Assembly: GCA_965243135.1 (NCBI GenBank)
Contig: OZ251539.1
Span: forward strand, 3,520,001 to 3,584,000
DNA: 64,000 nt
Reading direction: 5' to 3'
Origin: Alphaproteobacteria bacterium
GTDB lineage: Bacteria > Pseudomonadota > Alphaproteobacteria > MPNO01 > UBA830
Translations under genes and position numbers: made by a program
The notes under the pieces: model-generated
The model's database searches: none
What the model was told of the DNA's origin: nothing
What the model saw: the letters and a program-made list of their open reading frames with translations, nothing else
Shown: positions 10,880 through 20,586 of the stretch, piece after piece
Numbering within the stretch: the first letter of the stretch is position 1
Layout of the letters: every line of letters begins with the position of its first letter

Positions 10880-11195
10880 AATCCCTCGAAAGGTCTGGCG
10901 GGAAGCCAGTTCCGATCAGGGCGCTCGATGCCGACCGCTGCGGTTACCCCAAACGAAGGTTCGGCATCGTCCGCGCCGAACGAGACCGTCCGGCCAACCG
11001 TATCGTCTCCGAAGTCTCCAGCAGCCATGTCGATCGCGATCCCGTTTCCCATTTTATGGACGCGCCGGTCCCAATGTTCGAGTTCGACCGCTTCCGGTCC
11101 GGGTGCGCAGGAAGCCAACGCGCCCGCCGGGACAAGCCCTTCCCGCACCCGCCCGGCGGGATCGCTGATCGTCGCCATGACGCGCGTCGTTCCCC
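10880..11195 (-). pseudogene. Decayed clan AA aspartic-protease-like gene
   Basis: GTTRVMATISDPA...LVPAGA (VDTGA lost)...FGADDAEPSFGVTA.VGIE resembles small predicted aspartyl proteases, with several in-frame gaps. Confidence 0.45.
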
Positions 11196-11432
11196 TCGAC
11201 TCACGGCGGCGGCGTTCATCGTGCGCCGCCGCGCCCATCGACATGTTAACCCGGATAAATCGCCAGTTCCAAAGCCGCCGGGCAACGCCCGAAACTACGC
11301 ATCGGAGGGGATAGTCCTCCCTCCGGCCCGGTTCTTCGGCCATGACCTTGAAGGCCTGGCAGCCTATGGCGCACTCCTTATTCACGGTCGGTCGCGCCCC
11401 TCGCACATTGTCCAGGCAAGAGCGTTCGGGCG

Positions 11433-13423
11433 CAGGGCGAATTCAAGAATGGCGCGATCATTGCCAAGCGCCGCCCTTGAGGAGGCGGCCGCGGCGTGAG
11501 ATTCGCGTCGGCGAGACGATGGCGGCGCGAGATCCGCGTCGGCGAGACGATGGCGGCGTGAAGAGACGGCAGCGGTGCTGACAGCGGTGGTGCGAGAGGC
11601 GAGGCTACTGGCGGACGTCAGAAGACCTCCGTGGACAGCTCTCGAACGGCCTGGCGCAGGTCGTAGTGCCGGTGAGCCTGCGGCAGGTAATCGTCCGCGC
11701 AACCGAACGATGGAGATCGCGGCGTTGCGAATCGAAGCCAGTGCACGGGCACTGCCCCCGACGTGGTTGCGGCGGCGGTCCTCGTCGTAAGTCATGTCGC
11801 GAACATGATGCACCCGGTTCTCGATTTCCCAGTGACGGCGAGCAATATCGAGAATCTCGGCAGGTCCTCCGTGCGATGGCGGGACGGAAGTTACTCCGTA
11901 AATGATTTCCGAAGTTGTCCCGACGATCTTTCCCTTTCTGAGTTTCTGGCGTATACGTTCGATGCGGAACGCTTGCCGTCGCCCGGGCAGTTCAACGTAC
12001 CCGTCCCAAGTTTTGTCGAGTTCGACGACCAGACAACTACGAGTGTCGATTCGACCGTGCGTTTTTTCGACCGTCTCGCTTTTACCGACCTCCTGATCGT
12101 TCCAGTCAATCGCTTTCGTCGAGTATCGTCTTCTGATTGCCCTTGACGACCATAAGATAATCGGCTCCCCTGTCCAAGATCAACTGGGTGGTTTCGACCT
12201 GAGTGTGCATGGCGTCAGCGGTCACAATACGTCCAGACAACTGCATGCTCCGTAACAACTTTCGCGCAGCTGGAATCTCGTTTGACTTGTCTGCGACTTT
12301 CACCTGACCGCAAATTAGTCCGGTTTCGTGCTCGACGGCGCCGACCAGATGGCATCCGTCCCCCCGCCGCGACGCTCCGCGCACGGATTTCCCGTCAAGG
12401 ATTCCGTTGGGATCCTGGTATTGCGCGGTCCATTCTCGCAAAGCCTTGTCAAGAGCTTCCGGGTCGACATTTGAAAGCACGCGATGGAAGGTAGCTCGGC
12501 GCCGTGCGGTTTCCATTATCGCTCTGAGCGCACCTCCGCCAGCTGCGGTTGCTTCAACTTTCTGGAGAAGTCCGCTATGGCGGTCACGCTGAACAAACCG
12601 CACAGTTGCGCCGCTATCGCGAGAACCGTTGCCAAAGCGCTGACCGCGACGACTTCGGAAGTCCGGCACCGTACTCAAATACTCGTACAGACTCCCCATT
12701 CTGTGATCCGGTATCTCGTCTACGTTCAATGTCTTGCAGTTCCAGCTCTTGTCGTCGGAAAGCATGCGAAGTTGCTTGCGGGCATCCTTTTCCAGCTCGA
12801 ACATCTTTCTGGACGTTCCGTGTTCGCGGTAACCGCCGCATGCGCTCGTATCCTTTTGTGAACCCAATGGCTTGCCAGTTTGCCGCTTGGTAACACGTTC
12901 CCTCGAAACGGTCCGGATCCACAAAAGTCTCCGCCATCAGGACTGGATGACCGTATGCCGCCTGAAAGTCGTCCGACAGGCGCTGGGTGCTGAGGGACAA
13001 AATATGGGACGCCAGATTGTGTCGCCGCCAAGGCGGAAGAATCAGTAAGCGTGCGTTGTTCGCTACAAGATGCAACCGGCGGCCACGCTGCTCGGGCGTC
13101 CAGCCACCGGTCTCGCGCCCGCAGCCGCCAGGCCCCGGCTTTCCAACCCAGCAACGCTACCCATTCCCCGTTCGGGGCCACGGCGACATGCCGCACCGCC
13201 TCGCCGACCATGCCGCGAAACTCAAGGTAGTGATGCTTCCGCATCGTCTCGTCCCACCGGTCGCGTTCGGCCCGGTCGAGCACCGGCCGAACGGCAATGT
13301 CGTTCGGCCCCCAAATGTTTTTCAGCATCATGGCCGGCACATTGGCGGCAAAAACCGGAAATGTCTAGAAAAAAATTACCCGCCGGTATTTCCGATCATT
13401 CGCCCCCTTCTTGAACGGCCTTT
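11433..13423 (-). mobile_element. Degenerate ISAs1-family element with N-terminal DUF4338 (DruA-like) domain
   Basis: Frameshifted pieces: HHYL..RGMVGE..R.VA...W.ALLGW; NNARLLILP..NLASH.LS; ETFVDP.RFEGTCYQAANW; then ISAs1 motifs DGKS.RG, KSNEIPA, TADAMHTQ, VKGNQ, RD.TYDED. Imperfect end repeats CAGGGCGAATTCAAGAA (11433) / TTCTTGAACGGCCTTT (ends 13423). Confidence 0.8.
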
Positions 13424-13432
13424 ACCTTGCAT

Positions 13433-13445
13433 TATCATTAGGTTA
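13433..13445. repeat. 13-bp direct repeat TATCATTAGGTTA, copy 1 (IHF-site-like)
   Basis: Identical to 17638-17650; one mismatch to WATCAANNNNTTR. Confidence 0.55.
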
Positions 13446-13794
13446 GGCTGAAAGATAAATTCGCCCTGGTTCGGGCGACTGCGCAGCGCCTTTCCGAACC
13501 CATGGCGGACCACGAAAGAAAGAACGTTCGCGGCGTTGGCCCTTGCCTGCCCGCTTGTTTCGCACCTCCGCCGAGCGGCGGAACGGCAGGACGTTCGTGC
13601 TCGCCTCATAGCGCGGCCTTTCACGCCGCAACGACAGCCTGGCCGAGGCACTCCGCGTTCCGGCGGCGGCGGTCACCGCTTCGGACGACGGCGCGCCCGG
13701 AACGACGGGCGGGCGTCGGTCGGAAATTCCGACCGGAGAACGTCCTGGTGGAACAAACCCGGCATCCGGCTATAATCGGCGAACGACGCCTCGC

Positions 13795-14199
13795 GTTGCC
13801 GACTTCGCCGATGCCCATCTCCGCCACTGGGAGGATGCAAAATCGCTCTTCGCCCTTGACCGATGGGCGAATGCGGATCACCTCTACGGCCTCAGCGCGG
13901 AATGCGGCCTGAAGGCGGTGATGCAGGCGCTTGGCATGCAGGTAGACGACGAGGGCAAGCCCACGGAGAAAGAACACCGCGAGCACGTAGACAAGCTATG
14001 GCCCGCATACATAGACTTTGTTAAGCATCGCAACGGTGAGCGATACCTTCTTGATGGCGAACCATTTGATGACTGGTCGATCCACGACCGCTATGCGAAT
14101 CGGAGCCACTTCACGCGACCGAACGTAGCGCCGCATCGCGCTGCAGCTTGCCGGATACGCGATGTAGTCGAACTTGCGACCACTGAAGGCCTGCTATGA
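13795..14199 (+). CDS. Small HEPN-domain protein (start codon non-canonical or damaged)
   Basis: Frame open upstream of the listed ORF: DFADAHLRHWEDAKSLF..RWANADHLYGLSAECGLKA...WSIHDRYANRSH (HEPN N-terminal pattern, Rx5H). TATAAT at 13771. Stop overlaps next ATG. Confidence 0.65.
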   Translation, partial: VADFADAHLRHWEDAKSLFALDRWANADHLYGLSAECGLKAVMQALGMQVDDEGKPTEKEHREHVDKLWPAYIDFVKHRNGERYLLDGEPFDDWSIHDRYANRSHFTRPNVAPHRAAACRIRDVVELATTEGLL

Positions 14200-15503
14200 T
14201 CGACAATCCCGTCTTTTTCGACGACATGCGTCCCCGCGTCGTGGAAGCACTCCGCGAAGCGGAGATACCGGACATCGACATCTATCTGGTGCGCAACCTG
14301 TATGGAATGCTGCGCATATCGGTATCTGAAGAATTTGAAGACAACCAGGCATGCTTGAAAGCCGTGAACCGCCTTGCAGACAAACTGAGCGTCGCTTTAG
14401 GGACGCACGGCCATCCTCCAGGTCGCCGCTCCCTCTTCGTGAGCGATCACCTGCTGAAAGACCTCGCAAAGACCGCGCAGCCGGTCGAAGGCTTCGGCAA
14501 CGTATTCTGGGAGGATCGCCTGATCACCGGCGAAGACTGGTGGACAATAAACGAGCCTTGCGCGAATGGGCGCGCAAAGCGTTGGACGCTATACTCGATC
14601 AAAGGCGGCGTCGGGCGCAGCACCACCACCGCAGTCCTCGCCCGGCATCTGGCTGGCAAGGGCCATCGAGTTCTAGTCGTCGATCTGGACCTGGAATCGC
14701 CAGGACTGTCATCAGCGATGCTCGACCCTTCCGCGCAGCCCAAATACGGCATAGCCGACTGGTTCGTGGAAGAATTGGTCGGGCAAGGCGACCTTCTGAT
14801 CGACGAGTTGACTGCCGAGCCAACCTGGGCGCAAGAACTCGCGGGGGCGGTGGCTGTCGCGCCCGCCCACGGCCGCGAGCCCGGCGAGTATCTGGCCAAG
14901 CTGGGACGCGTCTACATGCAGAGGGCCGACGCCCCCTGGATCGTTCGCCTCGAACGTCTGCTGACGGGTCTGGAGGCTCGTTTCGACCCTGATTTCGTCC
15001 TTATCGAAAGCCGTAGCGGACTGCACGACGTCGCAGCGGCATCCGTCACCGACCTCGGCGCCGACGTTATGCTATTCGCCACCGACTCGGAGAGCTGTTG
15101 GACCGATTACGGAATCCTCTTCGACCATTGGCGAGACCGAAATCTGGCGGCGAAAATCAGGGAACGCCTGTCGATCGTGTCCGCCCTGACGCCCGAACTC
15201 GAAACGGAACGATATTTGCAAGGCTTCAAGCAACGAGCGTGGGGCCTTTTCCGGGATCGGCTTTACGACGGCGTAGCCAACGCCTTCCTGCACGTACCTG
15301 ACGCTTCCGACGGGAATTTTTCGTTCGGCCTGAACGACGAAAGCGCGCCGCACAACCCGATCGCCGTTCACTGGACGCGCGGACTGGCGGCCGGCACCTC
15401 GCTGCGCGACCTGGAGCGGACCGCGGTGCAGCAGGCGCATGCGGAATTTCTACGCCGGTTCGATCGACTCGCCGACTTCGACGACCGTGGATTCGACCGA
15501 TGA
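14196..15503 (+). CDS. ParA/MinD-like ATPase, KGGVGR deviant Walker A, with N-terminal extension
   Basis: YSIKGGVGRSTT, VLVVDLDLESPG, FVLIESRSG. Confidence 0.85.
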   Translation: MIDNPVFFDDMRPRVVEALREAEIPDIDIYLVRNLYGMLRISVSEEFEDNQACLKAVNRLADKLSVALGTHGHPPGRRSLFVSDHLLKDLAKTAQPVEGFGNVFWEDRLITGEDWWTINEPCANGRAKRWTLYSIKGGVGRSTTTAVLARHLAGKGHRVLVVDLDLESPGLSSAMLDPSAQPKYGIADWFVEELVGQGDLLIDELTAEPTWAQELAGAVAVAPAHGREPGEYLAKLGRVYMQRADAPWIVRLERLLTGLEARFDPDFVLIESRSGLHDVAAASVTDLGADVMLFATDSESCWTDYGILFDHWRDRNLAAKIRERLSIVSALTPELETERYLQGFKQRAWGLFRDRLYDGVANAFLHVPDASDGNFSFGLNDESAPHNPIAVHWTRGLAAGTSLRDLERTAVQQAHAEFLRRFDRLADFDDRGFDR

Positions 15504-15726
15504 GCCAGGTCCCTGACGCTTCCGACGGGAATTTTTCGTTCGGCCTGAACGACGAAGGCGCGCCGCACGACCCGATCGCCGTTCACTGGACGCGCGGACT
15601 GGCGGCCGGCACCTCGCTGCGCGACCTGGAGCGGACCGCGATGCGGCAGGCGCATGCGAAATTTCTACGCCGGTTCGATCGACTCGCCGACTCCGACGAC
15701 CGTGGATTCGACCGATGAGCCAGGTC
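15297..15726 (+). repeat. 215-bp tandem duplication (15297-15511 / 15512-15726) creating 72-aa ORF 15500-15718
   Basis: Direct comparison; six substitutions between the copies. Confidence 0.95.
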
Positions 15727-17160
15727 AGCGTCGAGAAGGCCCGCAAGGCGCTCACCGCCCTACCGGAGGGAACGACGCGCGGGGAAATCCCTTCGCTCAA
15801 ACAAGTGTATCTGCCGCAGTCCCACATAAAGGCGATCGACCCGGACGTTCCGCTCGTGGTCGGGATGCGCGGGGCCGGCAAGACCTTCTGGTGGAGCGCG
15901 CTCCAGAATCCCGCTGTGCGCCAACTAGCGAGGCTGTCCGCGAGACGGTCCGGTTTGGCCGAAGACACCGAAGTGCGAACCGGGTTCGGCATCGGCCTCG
16001 CCCCGAACGAGCGCCCGGACAAGGACACGTTGCGGCTGCTGATGGAAAATGACGAACCGAGATCGATTTGGCGAACCGTGCAGGCTCGACACCTCGCGCC
16101 GGACAACCATCCGCTTCGAAAACAGAATACATGGGCGGAGCGCGCAAGATACGTCCGCGACAATCCGGAAGAGATCTCCCAACTGTTCCATCGGCGCGAT
16201 GCCGAGTGCAGCGAGAAGAACGTATATTTCATCATTCTTTTCGACGCATTGGACCAGTGCGCGGACGATTGGACAAACATGTACAGGGCCATTCGCGGCC
16301 TGCTGCAAACCGCTTTGGAGATGCGTTCGTACCGACGGCTTCGGACGAAGGTATTTCTGCGATCCGATCAAATTGACGAAACGAAAATCGGCGACTTTCC
16401 GGACGCGCGGACGATCCTGTCCTCGTCCGTGACATTGAGCTGGCCCCGCAACGAGTTATATGGTTTGTTGTGGCATTCTCTCGCGAACGGAAAAAACGGT
16501 TCCGCGCTCAGAAATTTTCTCTCGAACGGAGATTGGAAAGAATTGCTTCTCGACGGAAATCATTTGTTCGTCGTACCGAGAGACTTGGCGTTCGACGAAG
16601 AGACTCAACGCGAAAAATTCCGCGAACTGGCCGGTCAGCGCATGGGAGAAAGCCGCAGGCTCGGCATCCCTTATTCCTGGATCACGGATCACCTGGCGGA
16701 CGCAGATGGTCGGATAGGTCCCCGCTCGTTCATGGAAGCGTTGCGAAAGGCCGCCGAACACACCACCGAACGACATCCGAAACATCGCCATGCATTGCAT
16801 TACGAAAGCATCAGGCATGGGGCGCTTGCGGCCTCCGCGATACGGATCAACGAACTTCGGGAAGACTATCCGTGGATAGACCAGGTCCTCGCCCCCCTTG
16901 CAGGCATGTCCGTTCCCTTCGAATTCAGAGACGTCGCGCAACGGTGGCGGGAAGAACATCTTCCCGAACGCCTCAAAGCCGCCGACGGGGAGGCGAAACT
17001 GCCGCCCCGCCGCGTCGACGAAGGCGCGAACGGCATTCGCGAGGATCTGGAGCAGCTCGGCATCTTCCAACGCCTGGACGACGATTGGGTCAACGTCACC
17101 GAGGTGTTCAGGGCAGGCTACAGGCTCGGCCGGAAGGGCGGGGTGAAACCAGTTCAATGA
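15715..17160 (+). CDS. P-loop ATPase (Sll1717-like/STAND-related)
   Basis: Walker A GMRGAGKT, Walker B IILFDALD, KVFLRSD, PRSF motif. ATGA-coupled. Confidence 0.8.
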   Translation: MSQVSVEKARKALTALPEGTTRGEIPSLKQVYLPQSHIKAIDPDVPLVVGMRGAGKTFWWSALQNPAVRQLARLSARRSGLAEDTEVRTGFGIGLAPNERPDKDTLRLLMENDEPRSIWRTVQARHLAPDNHPLRKQNTWAERARYVRDNPEEISQLFHRRDAECSEKNVYFIILFDALDQCADDWTNMYRAIRGLLQTALEMRSYRRLRTKVFLRSDQIDETKIGDFPDARTILSSSVTLSWPRNELYGLLWHSLANGKNGSALRNFLSNGDWKELLLDGNHLFVVPRDLAFDEETQREKFRELAGQRMGESRRLGIPYSWITDHLADADGRIGPRSFMEALRKAAEHTTERHPKHRHALHYESIRHGALAASAIRINELREDYPWIDQVLAPLAGMSVPFEFRDVAQRWREEHLPERLKAADGEAKLPPRRVDEGANGIREDLEQLGIFQRLDDDWVNVTEVFRAGYRLGRKGGVKPVQ

Positions 17161-17637
17161 CCTCGGGAAGGATTCTCCGGCTCACAAACGCACCCGAGAA
17201 CTTGATCGACGATCGCCAACCAAGCCGACAAGGATCGCGCCGTCCGCAGGGCTGTATCGTAAATCCGAAAACCGACGCAAGCTCGGTCAGAATTTCCCTG
17301 CCTCTCCGAGCCATTCCTATCCATTCCGTGAGCGTACAAATTTAATTGCGCCATAATCTCCCGTCAACCCATCTTCAGCACTTTTCACTGACGCCATCCC
17401 GTAACACATTGAAAATAAATCAACCAAATTTTTCATCGGTGCTGTATGGCACTACATTTTGTTGCGCTGCCTGTGCGGGCTGGTCCGAACGCCCAAGGCA
17501 TGCACGATAGCGCAGGCGTGGGCATCTAGACGGGCATCTTGGCGGATCACGATTTGGTCCCCATGCCGGGATTGTAGTGCGCCACGCGACTCGAATTATG
17601 GCACTACAAAGAAGGTTTCAGGCTCGACATTCAATAA

Positions 17638-17650
17638 TATCATTAGGTTA
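17638..17650. repeat. 13-bp direct repeat TATCATTAGGTTA, copy 2, near ATGGCACTACA repeats
   Basis: Identical to 13433-13445. ATGGCACTACA at ~17446 and ~17598, with an inverted imperfect copy at ~17572. Confidence 0.55.
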
Positions 17651-18208
17651 TGGCAGACAAATTGGCCGAAAAGGCCCTAATTCAACCGGAAAGTGCTGAA
17701 GATGGGTCAAGTTCGAGGCGCAAAGAATCCCGGATGATCCCACGTTAATTTTGCGTTGCATTTCCGGGTTTCTTCGTTGGTTCCCTCCGGCTTTCGCGAG
17801 CCGCTTCGGTTATTCCCGAGCCATGGCTTCGAACGGGCACTTGGGCATGGAGGCTTCTTCCGCTGCGGGAGTCCGCCTCGCTCGACCGGACGAGCGGAAC
17901 GCTCCCGTTCGACGGAACCATTGCCTGGAGTTCGGGCGTTTCGCCGCTTGCGGCGCATGTCGTCGCTCGCGTCGTCCGGCGCCTGCAGGCCCGGCGCGCG
18001 CCACGCGCCGAAAGTTCGGGACGCAAGCCCGGACGCCCCACAGGATTTTCGCGGAGCAACAGGCCCGCTCGCCCCCGCGCCGAGGCAAAGAGGGAGGCGG
18101 TTGAGGGAAACGTTCATCGCCAAGCGCTGTCCGCGAGGAGGAGCGGCAGCGGCCTTTCGCGGAAGCGGCTGTCGAAATGTCCGAACGGGACGTCGAACTC
18201 GCCCGGCT

Positions 18209-19729
18209 TCAGGCGGCCTCGCAATCGAAGCCGACGACGTTGCGCTCCTCGCGGCTGAACTCCACCCCGATCAGGTGGACCGAACGACCGAGATGGCGGT
18301 ACTTGTCCGCATAGCCCTTCTCCCGCAGTTGCGCGAGCGCGGTTCCCTCCCGTCCGCGCTCCACCACCTTGAACTCGAACAGGTAGACGCGCCCGCCGGC
18401 GCGGACCGCCATGTCGGCGCGCCCCCGGCTGCCGCTGTCCTCGGCCACCGGCTCGAGGCCCTCCATCAGGAAGCAACTGGACGCTCGCGTAGTGGGCCTC
18501 GTACTTCGCGACGGGGCTGGTCGCGTACCATTGGTGCGGGATGGCGGCGAAGACGCCGCGGAACAGGGTCTCGATGCGCTCGAAGTCGTTCGCCTCCAGC
18601 AATTCGCCCAGCCGCAAGTTATCCGCCTTCTCGCGGGCATGACGCGGGAGCAGCTCTTCCAACAGGGCTTCGCCCAGGCTCCGGCGCACCTCGAGGTTCG
18701 GGTAGCCCAGCCTGTAGCGCCCGTCCTCCTCGCCCGCGATGGTGAGGTAGCCGGTTTGGAACAGAAGCGCCTCCACCGAGATCCTGTCCACGTCGACGGA
18801 CGAAAGCAGGCTTTCGCTGCCGGTCATGCCGTCCAAGTCGGGAGTGGGCAGGTCGCGGCGCGCCAGCGTCTCGACCAGAAAGGTCGGCGTGCCGCTCTGG
18901 AACCAGTACGGGCGGAACTCGCGCCGTCGAAACAGCAGCAGGAGGCCGAACGGGTTGTAGACCCTCTCCGGCCCGCGCCAGTTGTAGCCGTTGTACCAGC
19001 GCCGGATCTCGTCCCGGTCCAAGCCCTCGAGTTCAGGGGCGAAGACCGCGTCCAGCTCGTCGTCCGTGCAGCCGCAGATGTCCGAGAACTCAGGCTCCAG
19101 CGTGATGTCGATCAGGTTGTTCAGGCCAGAGAACAGGCCCGCATGCGAGAACTTGCTCACCCCCGTCAGGAAAACGAAACGGAGATGCCTGTCGCTGTCC
19201 TTGATCATCGCGTAGAAGCCGCGCAGGAAGTCGCGGTTGGCCGCCGCCAGCTCCCGGTCGCCGAGCGCGTCCAGAATCGGCTTGTTCGTCCACCAGCACG
19301 ACCGCCCGCTGCCCGGCGCGCTCGTGCAGCGCCCTTATCAGGCGCCGGAAACGGACCGCCGCCTCGGCGGGGCCCGGTTCGAGGCCGGCCAGCCGTTCCG
19401 TCTCCTCCAGCTGGTCTTCCACGTTTCTCCGAACGAGGTCCGGGGAGTCGAAATTGCCCCCGCCGAAGCTGATCCGCACGACGGCGCGTCGACCAGTCCC
19501 ACTTGCCGTGCACGGCGAGGCCCCGGAACAGCTCCTCGCTTCCCTCGAACAACTCCTGCAGCGTGTCCACCAGCAAGGTCTTGCCGAACCGGCGCGGACG
19601 CGACAGGAAATAGTAATCGCCCCCTTCGACGAGGCGGCGCACATGGTCCGTCTTGTCGACGTAGTAGCAGTCCCTCGTCCGGATTTTCCGGAGGGAGGTC
19701 ATGCCGGTCGGCAGCATGCGCTTCGTCAT
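18209..19729 (-). pseudogene. AAA-ATPase-like + PD-(D/E)XK nuclease protein, frameshifted
   Basis: YYVDKT, LSRPRRFGKTL, LVDE, FVFLTGVSKF, YNGY, YWF.SGTP, GRADM...FEFK...AL.Q...KGYA across three frames. Confidence 0.88.
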
Positions 19730-19831
19730 CCAAAAAGAGTAGGCAGCCGCGCCGGAGCCGTCAAGGAGGCGGCGGTCGCAAGCAGGGCGAATCCAGGAAC
19801 GGGGCGGTCGTTGCCAAGCGCTGCCCGCGAG

Positions 19832-19929
19832 GCGGCAGCAGTGCGGGAAGCGGCAGCAGTGCGGGAAGCGGCAGCAGTGCGGAAAGCGGCAGCAGTGCGG
19901 AAAGCGGCAGCAGTGCGGAAAGCGGCAGC
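19832..19929 (+). repeat. 18-bp tandem repeat GCGGCAGCAGTGCGG(G/A)AA x5.4
   Basis: Read directly; no spacers. Confidence 0.95.
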
Positions 19930-19942
19930 GTCGGGAGGCCAA

Positions 19943-20052
19943 GTGCGAGCAGTCACGATAACCGGCAGTTTCAGGCGCAAAGCCGCGCCTGAAAGGAAGG
20001 CGTTTCCGTTTCCTCTCACGCCTGAGAGTGATCGGGCCGGAAAATGCCGTTT
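19943..20052 (+). repeat. Long inverted repeat, left arm (pairs with 25178-25305)
   Basis: GTGCGAGCAGTCACGATAACCGGCAGTTTCAGG...ACGCCTGAGAGTGAT closely matches the reverse complement of the 25178-25305 segment. Confidence 0.9.
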
Positions 20053-20056
20053 GCGG

Positions 20057-20557
20057 TCAAGACGGCCTCAGGCACCAAGATCGTATCCGTTTGCGGATCT
20101 CCGACTTCGGCAACCGGCATCTCGGATGCGCGGCGATCGCTCGGAGGCCCGCGCAGAGCTTGTCTCCGTCCTCCTCGCCATCCTCGAACATCCGGTCTAT
20201 CAGCCACAGAACGCCGTGGCATGCGACCTTTTGCTCCGCAGCCAATTTACGCAACTCACCGTCGCCGGACAACAACGTCCAGGATCTGGTTTTTGCGAGG
20301 GCAAGAGCGAAGCTGTCCGGCAACGAAAGTGCCCGTCGTCTCCGTCGGTAGTCCAGCGCAAGCGCAACCTCGCCGCCGTCCAGCTCTTCCACACGGAGCC
20401 CGAGTTTGGTCAGGGTAGAATCGCCACGGTCCTTGAGTTCCCGTCGATACAGCAAATCCGGCACGGCGAATTCGAACGGAAGGCGGAAAGCGGTCTCCAG
20501 CAGCGATCCGCGTTCGAGATCGATTAAAACCGAAGTGTCGGAAACCAGCATCGTCAC
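20057..20557 (-). CDS. PIN-domain protein
   Basis: LVSDTSVLIDL, ELK, LSLPDSFALALA, LLSGD..LR. Confidence 0.85.
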   Translation of the reverse strand: MTMLVSDTSVLIDLERGSLLETAFRLPFEFAVPDLLYRRELKDRGDSTLTKLGLRVEELDGGEVALALDYRRRRRALSLPDSFALALAKTRSWTLLSGDGELRKLAAEQKVACHGVLWLIDRMFEDGEEDGDKLCAGLRAIAAHPRCRLPKSEIRKRIRSWCLRPS

Positions 20558-20586
20558 GATGTTCCTACCCGGCCGAGGATAGATTT

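Noticed and set aside
15297-15726. DGR template/variable repeat pair
   Set aside because: Differences are not confined to adenines of one copy, and no reverse transcriptase is in the window.
17650-17695. Degenerate tRNA 3' end as att core
   Set aside because: Resemblance too weak; no T-arm consensus or CCA.
19832-19929. CRISPR array
   Set aside because: Head-to-tail 18-mers without spacers; no cas genes.
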